From Acidobacteriota bacterium (GTDB lineage Bacteria; Acidobacteriota; UBA6911): a stretch of DNA of 64,000 nucleotides. The position numbers were made by a program, and so were the translations under genes. Positions 1 to 9,195 of this stretch are shown one piece after another. Below the pieces are notes generated by a model. It was not told the DNA's origin and ran no database searches. It saw nothing but the letters and a program-made list of their open reading frames with translations. Positions within the stretch are counted from its first letter, which is position 1; the number at the start of each line of letters is the position of its first letter. The DNA is taken from contig OY761556.1 in the NCBI GenBank assembly GCA_963664705.1, forward strand, positions 3,616,001 to 3,680,000, given 5' to 3'.

Positions 1-96
1 CATGAATGAAGATCGAAAAAATCTCAACATAGGATTTTTGATTCTGGATATCGTGTGGCGATATCCAGTAAGCCAATCAACAAAAACATAACAGAA

Positions 97-807
97 TTAC
101 TTCCCCGTCGTTGTCACGAGACCGCGTTCGTATATTGTAATTTCCGGGGTCCGTCGGCTGCTGGTCTTTACAATGATCGTGCCATAATGATGTCCGGGCT
201 TTGCTTGAGCCTTTTGCGTCGCAATCAGCCGGATTTTCCTGCCATTGCTTCCCGGAACAGCCTCAAGCCTGACGTCAATGTTCGGATCCTTTGAAATCGC
301 GGAGAGAATCTTGATGGGCTTTGGTTCCGGAATAGTCATAATAATTTCCCGAATAACTTCTTTGCCCACCGGGATATTTTCAAAGAAGATTGCCGTATCC
401 GACATCGCAATTTCGGGATCAACGGTAGCCTTGATAGATAGCGTAATGCTCGGATTGCGCGGATCGTTGGTTGCGACCGCAATTCTTTTCAATATCGGCC
501 CGGAGAAACCATCCGTCTTTACACTTGCCTCAATCTGACCGCTTTTCCCGGCTGGAATTTTCTTCGCTGACAGCAAAGTGGCTTCGCATCCTCAGGAATG
601 CTCTATCCCCGCGATTTCGAGAGTGCCGCCCCCTTTATTGACAAACGTAAAAACCTGCTTGATAACATCCCCCTGTTGGACCGTCCCGGCATCTTTGCTG
701 ATATTATCGAACTGAATCCATGGCTTTCCCTGCCCGAACGCGCCCGCAAAGACCAGCATGCTGACAATAACGATCGCAGGAACTCGAGAGATTGGATTGT
801 CTTTCAA
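97..807 (-). CDS. Exported DUF1573/Ig-like domain protein, probable selenoprotein (in-frame TGA at 592-594 read as Sec, UGC motif), 236 aa
   Basis: ORFs 592-807 and 97-576 are in the same frame. The junction reads CAT TCC TGA GGA TGC GAA GCC ACT = H S * G C E A T, matching the DUF1573 SCGC motif. N-terminal signal peptide; TTG start. Confidence 0.85.
562..578 (-). promoter_or_regulatory. Putative bacterial SECIS hairpin (apical stem-loop)
   Basis: Minus strand CTTTGC-TGTCA-GCGAAG: 6-bp stem with one G-U, loop starting 19 nt after the UGA, G at loop position 2. Confidence 0.65.
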
Positions 808-825
808 TGTTTATGATTCCCAGGC

Positions 826-1794
826 TTAAGCGTTTGTGGCGGGATAAGCGCCCCACGTTTTTGCTTCGCGCACGCCTCGCAGAATGGCCATCGACATTGT
901 CTCTGCGGCCAGCGCTCCGATGATCCCTACTTCCACTTTTCTTCTTCCTCGCCAGGCGCCGGTGCTGACGGCGAAAATGGTATCGCCATCCCATGGCATG
1001 TGTGACGGGTACACGCATCGTGCCAATCCATCCTGTGCCATCTGGGCAACCTTCGTGCATTCGGCCTTGGTGAGGCTGGCGTTGGTCGCCACAACACCAA
1101 TCACCGTATTGCCCCGAAAAGGAAGCGGCAGACTACCCTTTCGAAGTTCTTCTATCGCGTCGATAAAACCCTTTCCATCCTTGCGACGCGCACCGGCAAT
1201 AGTCTTGCCGGTTTGGGGATCAATGACATTCCCGACCGCGTTCACCGCCACCAGCGCGCCAACCTTCAATCCCCCCGCAATTGTAACCGACCAGGAGCCG
1301 AGGCCGCCCTTCATGGCGGTCTCCGGTCCCATCATCTTCCCAACAGTTGCGCCGGCGCCGGCGCCAACGTTCCCTTCCGCGACCGGACCTGAATGCGCTG
1401 AACGCATTGCTTCATAACCGGCTTTGGCATCCGGCCTTATATGCGGATCGCCGACCAATAGATCGAATAGAATGGCACCACAGACAATCGGAACCCTGGC
1501 CACACCCGTATCAAACCCGCGGCCCTGCTCCTCGAGAAAGCGAGAGATTCCAGCCCCCGTTTCGAGACCAAAGGCGCTTCCACCGGAGAGAAAAATGGCG
1601 TCAATCTGATCCACGCTGTTCTCCGGTTTCAACAACTCTGTTTCCCGCGTGCCCGGGGCGCCTCCCCGCACGTCAACGCCGGCCACAAAGGGCTTGTCTG
1701 CCGTAATGACCGTGCACCCGGTTGGGCGCTTGCGCAGGGTGTGGTGGCCGACTAAAATTCCATCGATGTCGGTAAGACATGGCGTAGGATTCAT
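826..1794 (-). CDS. P1/S58 family peptidase (DmpA-like L-aminopeptidase/D-esterase)
   Basis: VDVRGGAPGTRET, LSGGSAFGL, GNVGAGAGA and GNT autoprocessing-site motifs; ATG at 1794 chosen over the TTG at 1806. Confidence 0.85.
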   Translation of the reverse strand: MNPTPCLTDIDGILVGHHTLRKRPTGCTVITADKPFVAGVDVRGGAPGTRETELLKPENSVDQIDAIFLSGGSAFGLETGAGISRFLEEQGRGFDTGVARVPIVCGAILFDLLVGDPHIRPDAKAGYEAMRSAHSGPVAEGNVGAGAGATVGKMMGPETAMKGGLGSWSVTIAGGLKVGALVAVNAVGNVIDPQTGKTIAGARRKDGKGFIDAIEELRKGSLPLPFRGNTVIGVVATNASLTKAECTKVAQMAQDGLARCVYPSHMPWDGDTIFAVSTGAWRGRRKVEVGIIGALAAETMSMAILRGVREAKTWGAYPATNA

Positions 1795-2103
1795 AGGGTC
1801 CCCCAAATGGTCTAAAGTCGAAGTTTTTCAAAATTTTGTGATTACCGCAACTCCTTATTCCGTAATTCCTGCTAAACTCCACAGGACACATCATGGACAT
1901 AGAGAATCCAGGCTTTTGGATTGCATTATTGACCGGAGTTTCGTGCCTCGGAATCTTTGTATGGTGGCTTTGGAAGGGCGGCAGGAAATCCCGGTAAAAA
2001 TCGGATAAAGCCCAAGGCAAAAAATGTGTATTGCCCCAACGTTTTTGGTAGATTACTGTGGGTTTGGGGCGATTTACTCTGAAGGCATCTAGGCATCTTT
2101 GGA

Positions 2104-4143
2104 ATGCAGACGACCAGGCATCATATTCTTTTAACTGGCGGTGGCACCGCCGGGCATGTTAATCCGGCACTTGCGATAGGGTCCGCCCTTGCTTCGCCTG
2201 ACACTCGCTTTTTATTCGTGGGCGTTCGCGGCAGAGTGGAAGAAGAGGTAGTGCCGCGCGAAGGCATTCCCATTAAGTACGTTCACGCCTCAGGATTCCC
2301 CAGCGGCATTTCCGCAGACCTGGTCAAGTTCGGAATTCATCTCTCAATCGGAGTTCTGCAATCCCTGCTGATTCTGGTCCGATTCCGCCCGGAGATCATC
2401 ATTGGAACCGGCGGTTATGTGTCCGCGCCGGTTATCATGGCTGCCGCCATCCTTCGTAAGCTGCACCTTTTGAACTCGCGGGTCTACATTCACGAACAAA
2501 ATGCCGTCCCAGGCAAGCTCAACCGGGTCATGGGCCGCTTTGCCCACCGCGTACTGGTAACCTTCCCGGAAACGCTGTCTTATTTCGCCGAAAGCGGAGT
2601 GGTGGTCGGGTATCCATTGCGGAGGCGAATCTCTCGCGTCAGCCGCGAAGAAGCGAGACAACGATCCGCCATCAAAATACCCGAGGGACGTAAAGTTATC
2701 CTGGTTTTTGGAGGATCCCAGGGATCCCGGACCATCAACCGGGCCTTGGTGGATGCGCTCCAGTATCTGCATCCTTACCGGGATAAGATATTTATCGTTC
2801 ACGGAGTAGGGTTGTTCAAGAGCGCCGAATATAATTCCACGGCCGATACGGAAGCGCGCCTGCGTAAGCTCTACAGCGAGCAACAGCGCAAGGAAATCGA
2901 TGGCTTTTATACATACCAGGCATTTTTTCACGATATCGAGCTTCTTTATGCGATGAGTGATCTCGTTGTGGCGCGGGCCGGCGCCGGAAGCCTGAACGAA
3001 ATTTCCGCCATGGGACTTCCCGCAATCATCATCCCGAAATCCAATCTGCCAGGCGACCACCAGGTCATGAATGCCAGGGCCATGGAACGGGCCGGAGGCG
3101 CAGAGCTCCTTTACGAACAAATCGCGCCGGTTGACGGGGCACTTTCCGAATGGGTTGATGGAAGGCTGCTCGCGGACAAGATCATGGCCCTGCTGCAAAA
3201 TGCATCCCGATTGCAGAAGATGCGGGAAAGCAGCGGCTCATTTCTCAACCAGGATGCGCTGATTCATATCGAACGGCTGGTAAGAGGAAATGAAATACCT
3301 GCCGGCCTGAATCCTTCTCCCAAGGACAGCGCGGCGCATAGCATTCCTCTTCCCGGGAACAGGGCTCTCTTGATGCTGCTGGAAAAAGCAGCGATCAAAC
3401 AAAAATCCGCCTACAAACCCGATGTCGTTATTGCACGGGCTGAAGATCAGGAATATTTGAGAAACAGGGCGAGCGCTCTCCTGATTCACCCCGCCTGGCA
3501 GGAGCGAAATGTCGGAGTCAAGCTCCTGGGCCTGCTTCATGCCAAAGACAAGATTCCGGCGCTGTTGACGCTATTCAATGACAGGAAGCGAACATCGCTG
3601 CTGAAAAGGGCTTTTGGAGGCGACTTCGAGCAGGTTGGGTTCATTCGGCGAAATGTGATCTCCTCTCTCGTACGACTAAACGAAATCACTCCCGATGTCG
3701 AAAATGCGCTACTGGCTGGAATGCAGGATCCTTATTATGAGGTTCGGGCGGAAGCGGCGCGGGCTACCGCCTTTTTTGGAGCCAGGCTCTCCTCTCCCGA
3801 CAAATTCATCGATGCGCTTCTGAGTCTTCTTACGGACACGACCATCGACGTGAGTGTGGCTGCAGCGGAGGCTTTGGGCAAAATCGGCAGGGAAACGGAT
3901 GCTTTGCCCGCTCTTCTTGGATTGTGGGACACGCGCTTTTGGAAAGTGCGTGCGGCTGTGCTTCGCGGCCTCTATTACCTGGTTGATCGAGGACAGGTCC
4001 GCCATCTGGAGCTTCTCGAGGCCCAGGTTCCCAAGTTTATCCTGACATCCACCGACTTTGCTCCACAGTTTGAAATCAAGGCAGCGTACCGACAACTTAT
4101 GGAATCTGTGTCCGGGAGAAAAGAAAAGAGACTCGCCCAATGA
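2104..4143 (+). CDS. murG: MurG-family undecaprenyl-PP-MurNAc-pentapeptide GlcNAc transferase fused to a C-terminal HEAT-repeat region
   Basis: GGGTAGHVNPA, GTGGYVS, HEQNAVPG, FGGSQGS, RAGA, HQVMNA motifs; the last ~230 aa carry HEAT-like repeats (DPYYEVRAEAARA, DVSVAAAEALGKI). Confidence 0.88.
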   Translation: MQTTRHHILLTGGGTAGHVNPALAIGSALASPDTRFLFVGVRGRVEEEVVPREGIPIKYVHASGFPSGISADLVKFGIHLSIGVLQSLLILVRFRPEIIIGTGGYVSAPVIMAAAILRKLHLLNSRVYIHEQNAVPGKLNRVMGRFAHRVLVTFPETLSYFAESGVVVGYPLRRRISRVSREEARQRSAIKIPEGRKVILVFGGSQGSRTINRALVDALQYLHPYRDKIFIVHGVGLFKSAEYNSTADTEARLRKLYSEQQRKEIDGFYTYQAFFHDIELLYAMSDLVVARAGAGSLNEISAMGLPAIIIPKSNLPGDHQVMNARAMERAGGAELLYEQIAPVDGALSEWVDGRLLADKIMALLQNASRLQKMRESSGSFLNQDALIHIERLVRGNEIPAGLNPSPKDSAAHSIPLPGNRALLMLLEKAAIKQKSAYKPDVVIARAEDQEYLRNRASALLIHPAWQERNVGVKLLGLLHAKDKIPALLTLFNDRKRTSLLKRAFGGDFEQVGFIRRNVISSLVRLNEITPDVENALLAGMQDPYYEVRAEAARATAFFGARLSSPDKFIDALLSLLTDTTIDVSVAAAEALGKIGRETDALPALLGLWDTRFWKVRAAVLRGLYYLVDRGQVRHLELLEAQVPKFILTSTDFAPQFEIKAAYRQLMESVSGRKEKRLAQ

Positions 4144-5246
4144 TCTATTTTCTTGGTAGGTTCCTGCACCCTCGCTTTGAAATATTTTCATTTTTGCGCC
4201 TCGTCGAATATATCTCGGCCCGGGCAATCGGGGCGGCTTTGACCGCCATCATCCTAACACTTGTCATTACTCCCATGTTCATACGGTATCTGCACCGGCA
4301 CGGACTGGTGGATCAATGGCGGGATACCGGCGTGGCATCCGCATCGGATAAGGCCGGAACGCCGGCGATGGGCGGAGCGGTGGTTACGGGTTGCGTCCTC
4401 CTCTCATGTCTGCTTTGGTGCAACCTGGCAAACGGATACCTGCTGGCGGTACTTCTGGGAATGGCGTGGTTCGGTTTCATCGGGTTTCTTGACGACAAAG
4501 CCAAAACCCGCGCAAAATCGGGAGACCATGGTCTTTCGGAATCGAAGAAGCTTGTTCTCCAGGCAGCTTTTGCCGCCATCCTGGTCGCCTATCTCGCCAG
4601 TCCCTTTTCTCCACTGCCGTCTGGCCAGATGAGCACATTCTATATTCCATTCATGAAAGCGCCGTTGTTTGATTCTCCCTGGATCTACTTCCCGATCGTA
4701 TTCTTTTTCATTTTGGTCGTCGGCAACGCAGTCAATATCACAGACGGTTTGGATGGCCTTGCCATTGTCCCCTCAATGTTCGTGCTTGGAGTACTCGGTG
4801 TATTCGGCTACCTGCTCGGAAACGCCCGATGGGCTCCATACCTGAACTACCCATTCCTGCCGGGAGCTGGCGAACTGACAATCTTCGCTTCGGCATTTAC
4901 CGGCGCCGGAATCGGATTCCTCTGGTTCAATGCCTACCCTGCGCAGGTGTTTATGGGAGACACGGGAGCGCTTGCCATGGGCGGATGCATGGCGGTGCTA
5001 TCCATTGTATTGAAGCAGGAAATGCTCTTCGTGATATTGGGCGGGCTTTTTGTAGCCGAAGCAGTCAGTTCTCAAATACAAGACAAGATCGGAATCAAGT
5101 GGCTCGGACGGCGGTTGTTCCTGAGAGCGCCCCTGCATCACCAGATGCAGCATAAAGGTCTGGCCGAAACCAAGGTGGTCATCCGATTGTGGATTGTGGC
5201 CGGCATCCTGGCCCTGATAGCTCTATCCACCCTCAAACTGCGCTGA
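4140..5246 (+). CDS. mraY: Phospho-N-acetylmuramoyl-pentapeptide transferase
   Basis: KAGTPAMGG, IGFLDD, NAVNITDGLDGL, FMGDTG, APLHH motifs; about 10 TM segments; ATGA overlap with murG. Confidence 0.93.
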   Translation: MIYFLGRFLHPRFEIFSFLRLVEYISARAIGAALTAIILTLVITPMFIRYLHRHGLVDQWRDTGVASASDKAGTPAMGGAVVTGCVLLSCLLWCNLANGYLLAVLLGMAWFGFIGFLDDKAKTRAKSGDHGLSESKKLVLQAAFAAILVAYLASPFSPLPSGQMSTFYIPFMKAPLFDSPWIYFPIVFFFILVVGNAVNITDGLDGLAIVPSMFVLGVLGVFGYLLGNARWAPYLNYPFLPGAGELTIFASAFTGAGIGFLWFNAYPAQVFMGDTGALAMGGCMAVLSIVLKQEMLFVILGGLFVAEAVSSQIQDKIGIKWLGRRLFLRAPLHHQMQHKGLAETKVVIRLWIVAGILALIALSTLKLR

Positions 5247-5277
5247 CGACACAACCGGGTCCCCAGGCCAAAACCTC

Positions 5278-6858
5278 ATGCAAAAAGCCTCTCCTTTAAA
5301 AAAAAGGACATCGAGCCGCAACGCCATCCTCGTGGGGGCAGGCATTCTCTTCAGCCGGGTCATCGGCCTTGTGCGAGAACGCATCTTTGCCCATTATTTC
5401 GGCAACTCCGATGCGGCGGATGCTTTCAAGGCGGCACTGAAGATACCCAACCTGCTGCAGAACCTGTTTGGTGAGGGCGCATTATCCTCGTCCTTCATTC
5501 CGGTATATGCCAACCTGATGGCTACGGGTAAAAAAGAGGAAGCCGACCGCGTCGCAAGGGTTGTTGGCTCCATCCTGGCATTGTCGATGGCTGTGCTTGT
5601 GCTCTTGGGGGTGCTCGGGACGCCCTATCTGATCGATCTTGTTGCCCCGGGGTTCGAGGGGGCAAAGCGCGAGTTAACAATCCGGATGGTGCGCATTCTT
5701 TTTCCCGGTGTCGGGATATTGGTGCTCTCTGCATGGTGTCTTGGAATACTCAATAGCCACAGGCATTTCTTTCTCCCCTACGCAGCGCCTGTCCTCTGGA
5801 ATGCTTCGATGATTGTCGCGCTCCTTGGGTTTGGCGGCACGCGCCAACTCTTTCCCCTGGCGGAGATCGTGGCCTGGGGATCCGTGGTCGGAAGTTTTCT
5901 GCAATTCGGCATTCAATTCCCTTCCGTGCTGCGGCTGGCAGGCAGATTCCGATTCCAGTTCGACCTCGTGTCTGCCAGCGTTCGCGCGGTAATTCGCAAC
6001 TTTATTCCGGGAATTGCCAGCCGGGGAGTAAACCAGGTAAGCAGCTATGTAGATGTCACGCTGGCAAGTCTTTTGCCCAACGCCGGCGCAGTCTCCGCGC
6101 TTGCCTACGCCCAAACAATTTATCTATTGCCCGTAAGCCTCTTTGGAATGTCCATCTCCAATGCCGAATTACCTGAAATGGCCAGCCAGACCGGAACTGG
6201 CGAGAGCATCGCAACCGCCCTTCGGACGAGATTGAATGGAGCGATGCGGCGTGTGGCATTCTTTATCATTCCATCGGTCGCCGCTTTCCTGGCCCTCGGC
6301 GACAGCCTCGTAGCACTGCTCTATCAGACCGGAAAGTTCACGAGAAATGATGTGGAATATGTCTGGATCGTGCTGGCAGGATCTACAGTCGGGCTGCTCG
6401 CCTCCACCCTGGGCCGCCTGTATACCTCCGCATTTTGGGCTCTGCGCGACACCCGGACCCCTTTGAGATTTGCCACCCTGAGGGTTCTGCTGACCGGCAT
6501 TCTGGGCTGGCTGCTTGCCTTCCCCGCACCGAGGTGGTTCGGTATTCCCGCACGGTTTGGGCTTGTCGGACTGACCGTCTCCGCGGGCATGGCAGCCTGG
6601 ATCGAGTTTGCGCTGTTGCGATCAGCGATGAACCGCAAGATAGGAAAAACCGGCCTGCACTATCCAGATATCCTGAAGCTTTGGGGAATCGCCATTGCAG
6701 CCGGATCTCTTGCCTTCCCTATAAAGATATGGACGGCAGCGGTCCCGCCGCTTGTTTCCGGAGCTGTCGTTCTGTCCGTCTACGGGCTGGCCTATTTTGG
6801 ATTCGCCACGGCCCTGCGCTTTCCCGAAACCAAAATATTCAGGATTGGGCAGAAGTAG
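5278..6858 (+). CDS. murJ: Lipid II flippase MurJ (MviN)
   Basis: SRVIGLVRE, ADAF..ALKIPNLL..LFGEGAL..SFIP; multi-TM MOP fold. Confidence 0.92.
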   Translation: MQKASPLKKRTSSRNAILVGAGILFSRVIGLVRERIFAHYFGNSDAADAFKAALKIPNLLQNLFGEGALSSSFIPVYANLMATGKKEEADRVARVVGSILALSMAVLVLLGVLGTPYLIDLVAPGFEGAKRELTIRMVRILFPGVGILVLSAWCLGILNSHRHFFLPYAAPVLWNASMIVALLGFGGTRQLFPLAEIVAWGSVVGSFLQFGIQFPSVLRLAGRFRFQFDLVSASVRAVIRNFIPGIASRGVNQVSSYVDVTLASLLPNAGAVSALAYAQTIYLLPVSLFGMSISNAELPEMASQTGTGESIATALRTRLNGAMRRVAFFIIPSVAAFLALGDSLVALLYQTGKFTRNDVEYVWIVLAGSTVGLLASTLGRLYTSAFWALRDTRTPLRFATLRVLLTGILGWLLAFPAPRWFGIPARFGLVGLTVSAGMAAWIEFALLRSAMNRKIGKTGLHYPDILKLWGIAIAAGSLAFPIKIWTAAVPPLVSGAVVLSVYGLAYFGFATALRFPETKIFRIGQK

Positions 6859-6890
6859 GCTTCCTATATTCAAAGAGCCGCAACCTGAAA

Positions 6891-7448
6891 TTACAGGGTT
6901 TTGAGTTTGGGCTGGATGGCTTTGAATTCATCGGTTCCCGCGCGGCGCAACCATTCAAATACAACAGACTCGGCGGTGCTCAGCATTAACCCACTCTGTT
7001 TCAGACGCCCCAAGGCAATTTTGACGTCGAACGGCCGGCGCGAGGATACGGCGTCGGCGGCAACAATGACGCGCTCCCCTTTATGCGTGAGATCCAGCGC
7101 GGTTTGCGCAACGCAAATATGCGCCTCAATCCCGGTCAGGATGATCTGATCACGATGCAGTGCGGCGAGTTTTTCGCGGAAAGCGTCCCCCGCGGCGCAA
7201 GAAAAATCCATCTTGGGCAATGGCTGAATCTCTGGAATGGATTCGCGGATCTGCGGGATGGTGGGTCCCAGCCCCTTGGGATATTGCTCTGTCAACAGAA
7301 TGGGCACGCCCATCAACCTGGCTCCCGTGATCAGCAGATCGATTCGCGCCAGGAGGCGCTCGGATTCGTGAACATGCGGAAAAAGCTTTTCTTGAACATC
7401 AATGATCACCAAGGCACTTCGATCGCGATCCAATAATTCACCAATCAT
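6891..7448 (-). CDS. Isochorismatase-family hydrolase
   Basis: IDVQEKL, TEQYPKGLG, K..FSC, GIEAHICV.QT motifs. Confidence 0.88.
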   Translation of the reverse strand: MIGELLDRDRSALVIIDVQEKLFPHVHESERLLARIDLLITGARLMGVPILLTEQYPKGLGPTIPQIRESIPEIQPLPKMDFSCAAGDAFREKLAALHRDQIILTGIEAHICVAQTALDLTHKGERVIVAADAVSSRRPFDVKIALGRLKQSGLMLSTAESVVFEWLRRAGTDEFKAIQPKLKTL

Positions 7449-7571
7449 TTAGGTAATCCCCCTACCCTGACATTAGCACACCACGGCAACCGACCTCATG
7501 ATAATTCGGAGATCCAGTGACAGAATCGGCCAATTGGATTAATCTATAGGGTTTTAGAAGCGGAGGCACTC

Positions 7572-8318
7572 ATGAAAAAGTTAGTACTGTTGCGGCATGG
7601 AGAAAGCGTGTGGAATAGGGAGAACCTGTTCACAGGCTGGACCGATGTGGAACTCAGCGAAAAAGGGACTCAGGAGGCCATGGAAGCAGGACGCGTCCTG
7701 CGATCAGAGGGATTTGTTTTTGACGTTGCTTATACATCTGTTCTGAAGCGGGCCATTAAAACTCTCTGGCTTGCACTGGAAGAGATGGATCTGATGTGGA
7801 TTCCGGTCCACAATCACTGGCGCCTCAATGAGCGTCACTATGGCGCCCTGCAAGGTTTGAACAAGGTTGCCATGGTTGACAAGTTCGGGGCAGAGCAGGT
7901 GCGGTTATGGCGCCGCAGCTACGATGTCCCACCGCCTGCACTGGATCCGAATGATGAACGATCTCCCGCCCGGGATCCTCGCTATGCCAGCCTGGAGTCG
8001 AAGGATATTCCTTTGGCTGAATGCTTGAAGGACACAGTCGCGCGTGTTCTGCCGTTTTGGCATCAAACCATCGCGCCGGCAGTACAGTCCGGCCAACGTC
8101 TGATTGTCACCGCCCACGGCAACAGCATGCGCGCTCTGGTGAAATACCTGGATAACATTCCTGATGAAGAGATCGTCGGAGTGAACATCCCCACCGGAGT
8201 TCCGCTGGTTTATGAGTTCAATGACGACATGACGCCCATCCGTCACTATTACCTCGGTGACCAGGATGCAATCCAGAAGGCCGTGCAGCAAGTGGCCGAC
8301 CAGACCAAAAAGAAGTAA
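7572..8318 (+). CDS. gpmA: 2,3-BPG-dependent phosphoglycerate mutase
   Basis: [30 protein letters not shown]; GGAGG RBS. Confidence 0.96.
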   Translation: MKKLVLLRHGESVWNRENLFTGWTDVELSEKGTQEAMEAGRVLRSEGFVFDVAYTSVLKRAIKTLWLALEEMDLMWIPVHNHWRLNERHYGALQGLNKVAMVDKFGAEQVRLWRRSYDVPPPALDPNDERSPARDPRYASLESKDIPLAECLKDTVARVLPFWHQTIAPAVQSGQRLIVTAHGNSMRALVKYLDNIPDEEIVGVNIPTGVPLVYEFNDDMTPIRHYYLGDQDAIQKAVQQVADQTKKK

Positions 8319-8371
8319 TCGCCAACATCCATATTCTCGAAGGCGGGACGAAACATGCCCGGCCTTCGAGG

Positions 8372-8836
8372 ATGGCAGGGAAATACATGCTTCCAAAAGC
8401 GGCTTTGCAGGAATTTGTTGATACAACGGTGAATGTGCGTTACGCGGAAACCGACCAGATGGGTGTCGTTTATCATGCCAACTATCTTGTGTGGTTTGAA
8501 GTCGGACGAAACGCCTGGTGCAAAGCCAAGGGGTTTCAGTATGCAGAACTGGAATCCAAATCCAACCGCTTTCTCGTGGTAGCCGAGGCGGGATGCCGGT
8601 ATAAGTCACCCGCGCGCTTCGAAGACGATATCATCGTTAGAACCTCTCTGGCCAAAGCAACGGATCGGGTCATCCGCTATCACTATGAAATCCGAAGAAA
8701 GCGGGACAACCACCTGCTGGCTACGGGAGATACCGCGCATGTTATAACCGACCGGCGGCATCGGCCATCACGCCTGCCGGACAATTACCGCGATTTTTTC
8801 TCGCTCCCACCCAGAAAAACTGCGAGCGATTCCTAA
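8372..8836 (+). CDS. Acyl-CoA thioesterase (YbgC/4HBT family)
   Basis: VRYAETDQMGVVYHANYLVWFEVGR motif; start could instead be 8387. Confidence 0.88.
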   Translation: MAGKYMLPKAALQEFVDTTVNVRYAETDQMGVVYHANYLVWFEVGRNAWCKAKGFQYAELESKSNRFLVVAEAGCRYKSPARFEDDIIVRTSLAKATDRVIRYHYEIRRKRDNHLLATGDTAHVITDRRHRPSRLPDNYRDFFSLPPRKTASDS

Positions 8837-8899
8837 TCGCAGATGCCTTGCATTCCTATTATTGGGATGTCTAAATAGAACGGAATGGGGGTATAGTCT

Positions 8900-9157
8900 A
8901 TGACGTACATCATCACAGAACCGTGCATAAATGTAAAAGACGCAACCTGCATTGAGGTCTGCCCCGTGGATTGCATCCATCCCCGCAAAAATGAGGCGGA
9001 TTTTGCAAAGGTTGCCCAGCTGTACATCGATCCTGACGAGTGCATTGATTGCGGCGCATGCAAGCCGGTTTGCCCGGTAAAAGCCATTTTCCCGGAGCAT
9101 CAAGTCCCGGAAAAGTGGCACAGTTACATCGACATCAATTACGATTATTTTAAATAG
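8900..9157 (+). CDS. 7Fe-type dicluster ferredoxin
   Basis: C..VKD..C.EVCPVDCI and CIDCGAC..VCP motifs. Confidence 0.93.
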   Translation: MTYIITEPCINVKDATCIEVCPVDCIHPRKNEADFAKVAQLYIDPDECIDCGACKPVCPVKAIFPEHQVPEKWHSYIDINYDYFK

Positions 9158-9195
9158 ATAACTTTCATCATATTCGGAATCATCACTGGAAAAAT

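Noticed and set aside
97-807. Interpretation as a pseudogene or as two separate genes
   Set aside because: The single stop is TGA exactly at a motif Cys position, the frame is preserved, a SECIS-like hairpin follows, and I saw no RBS for the downstream ORF
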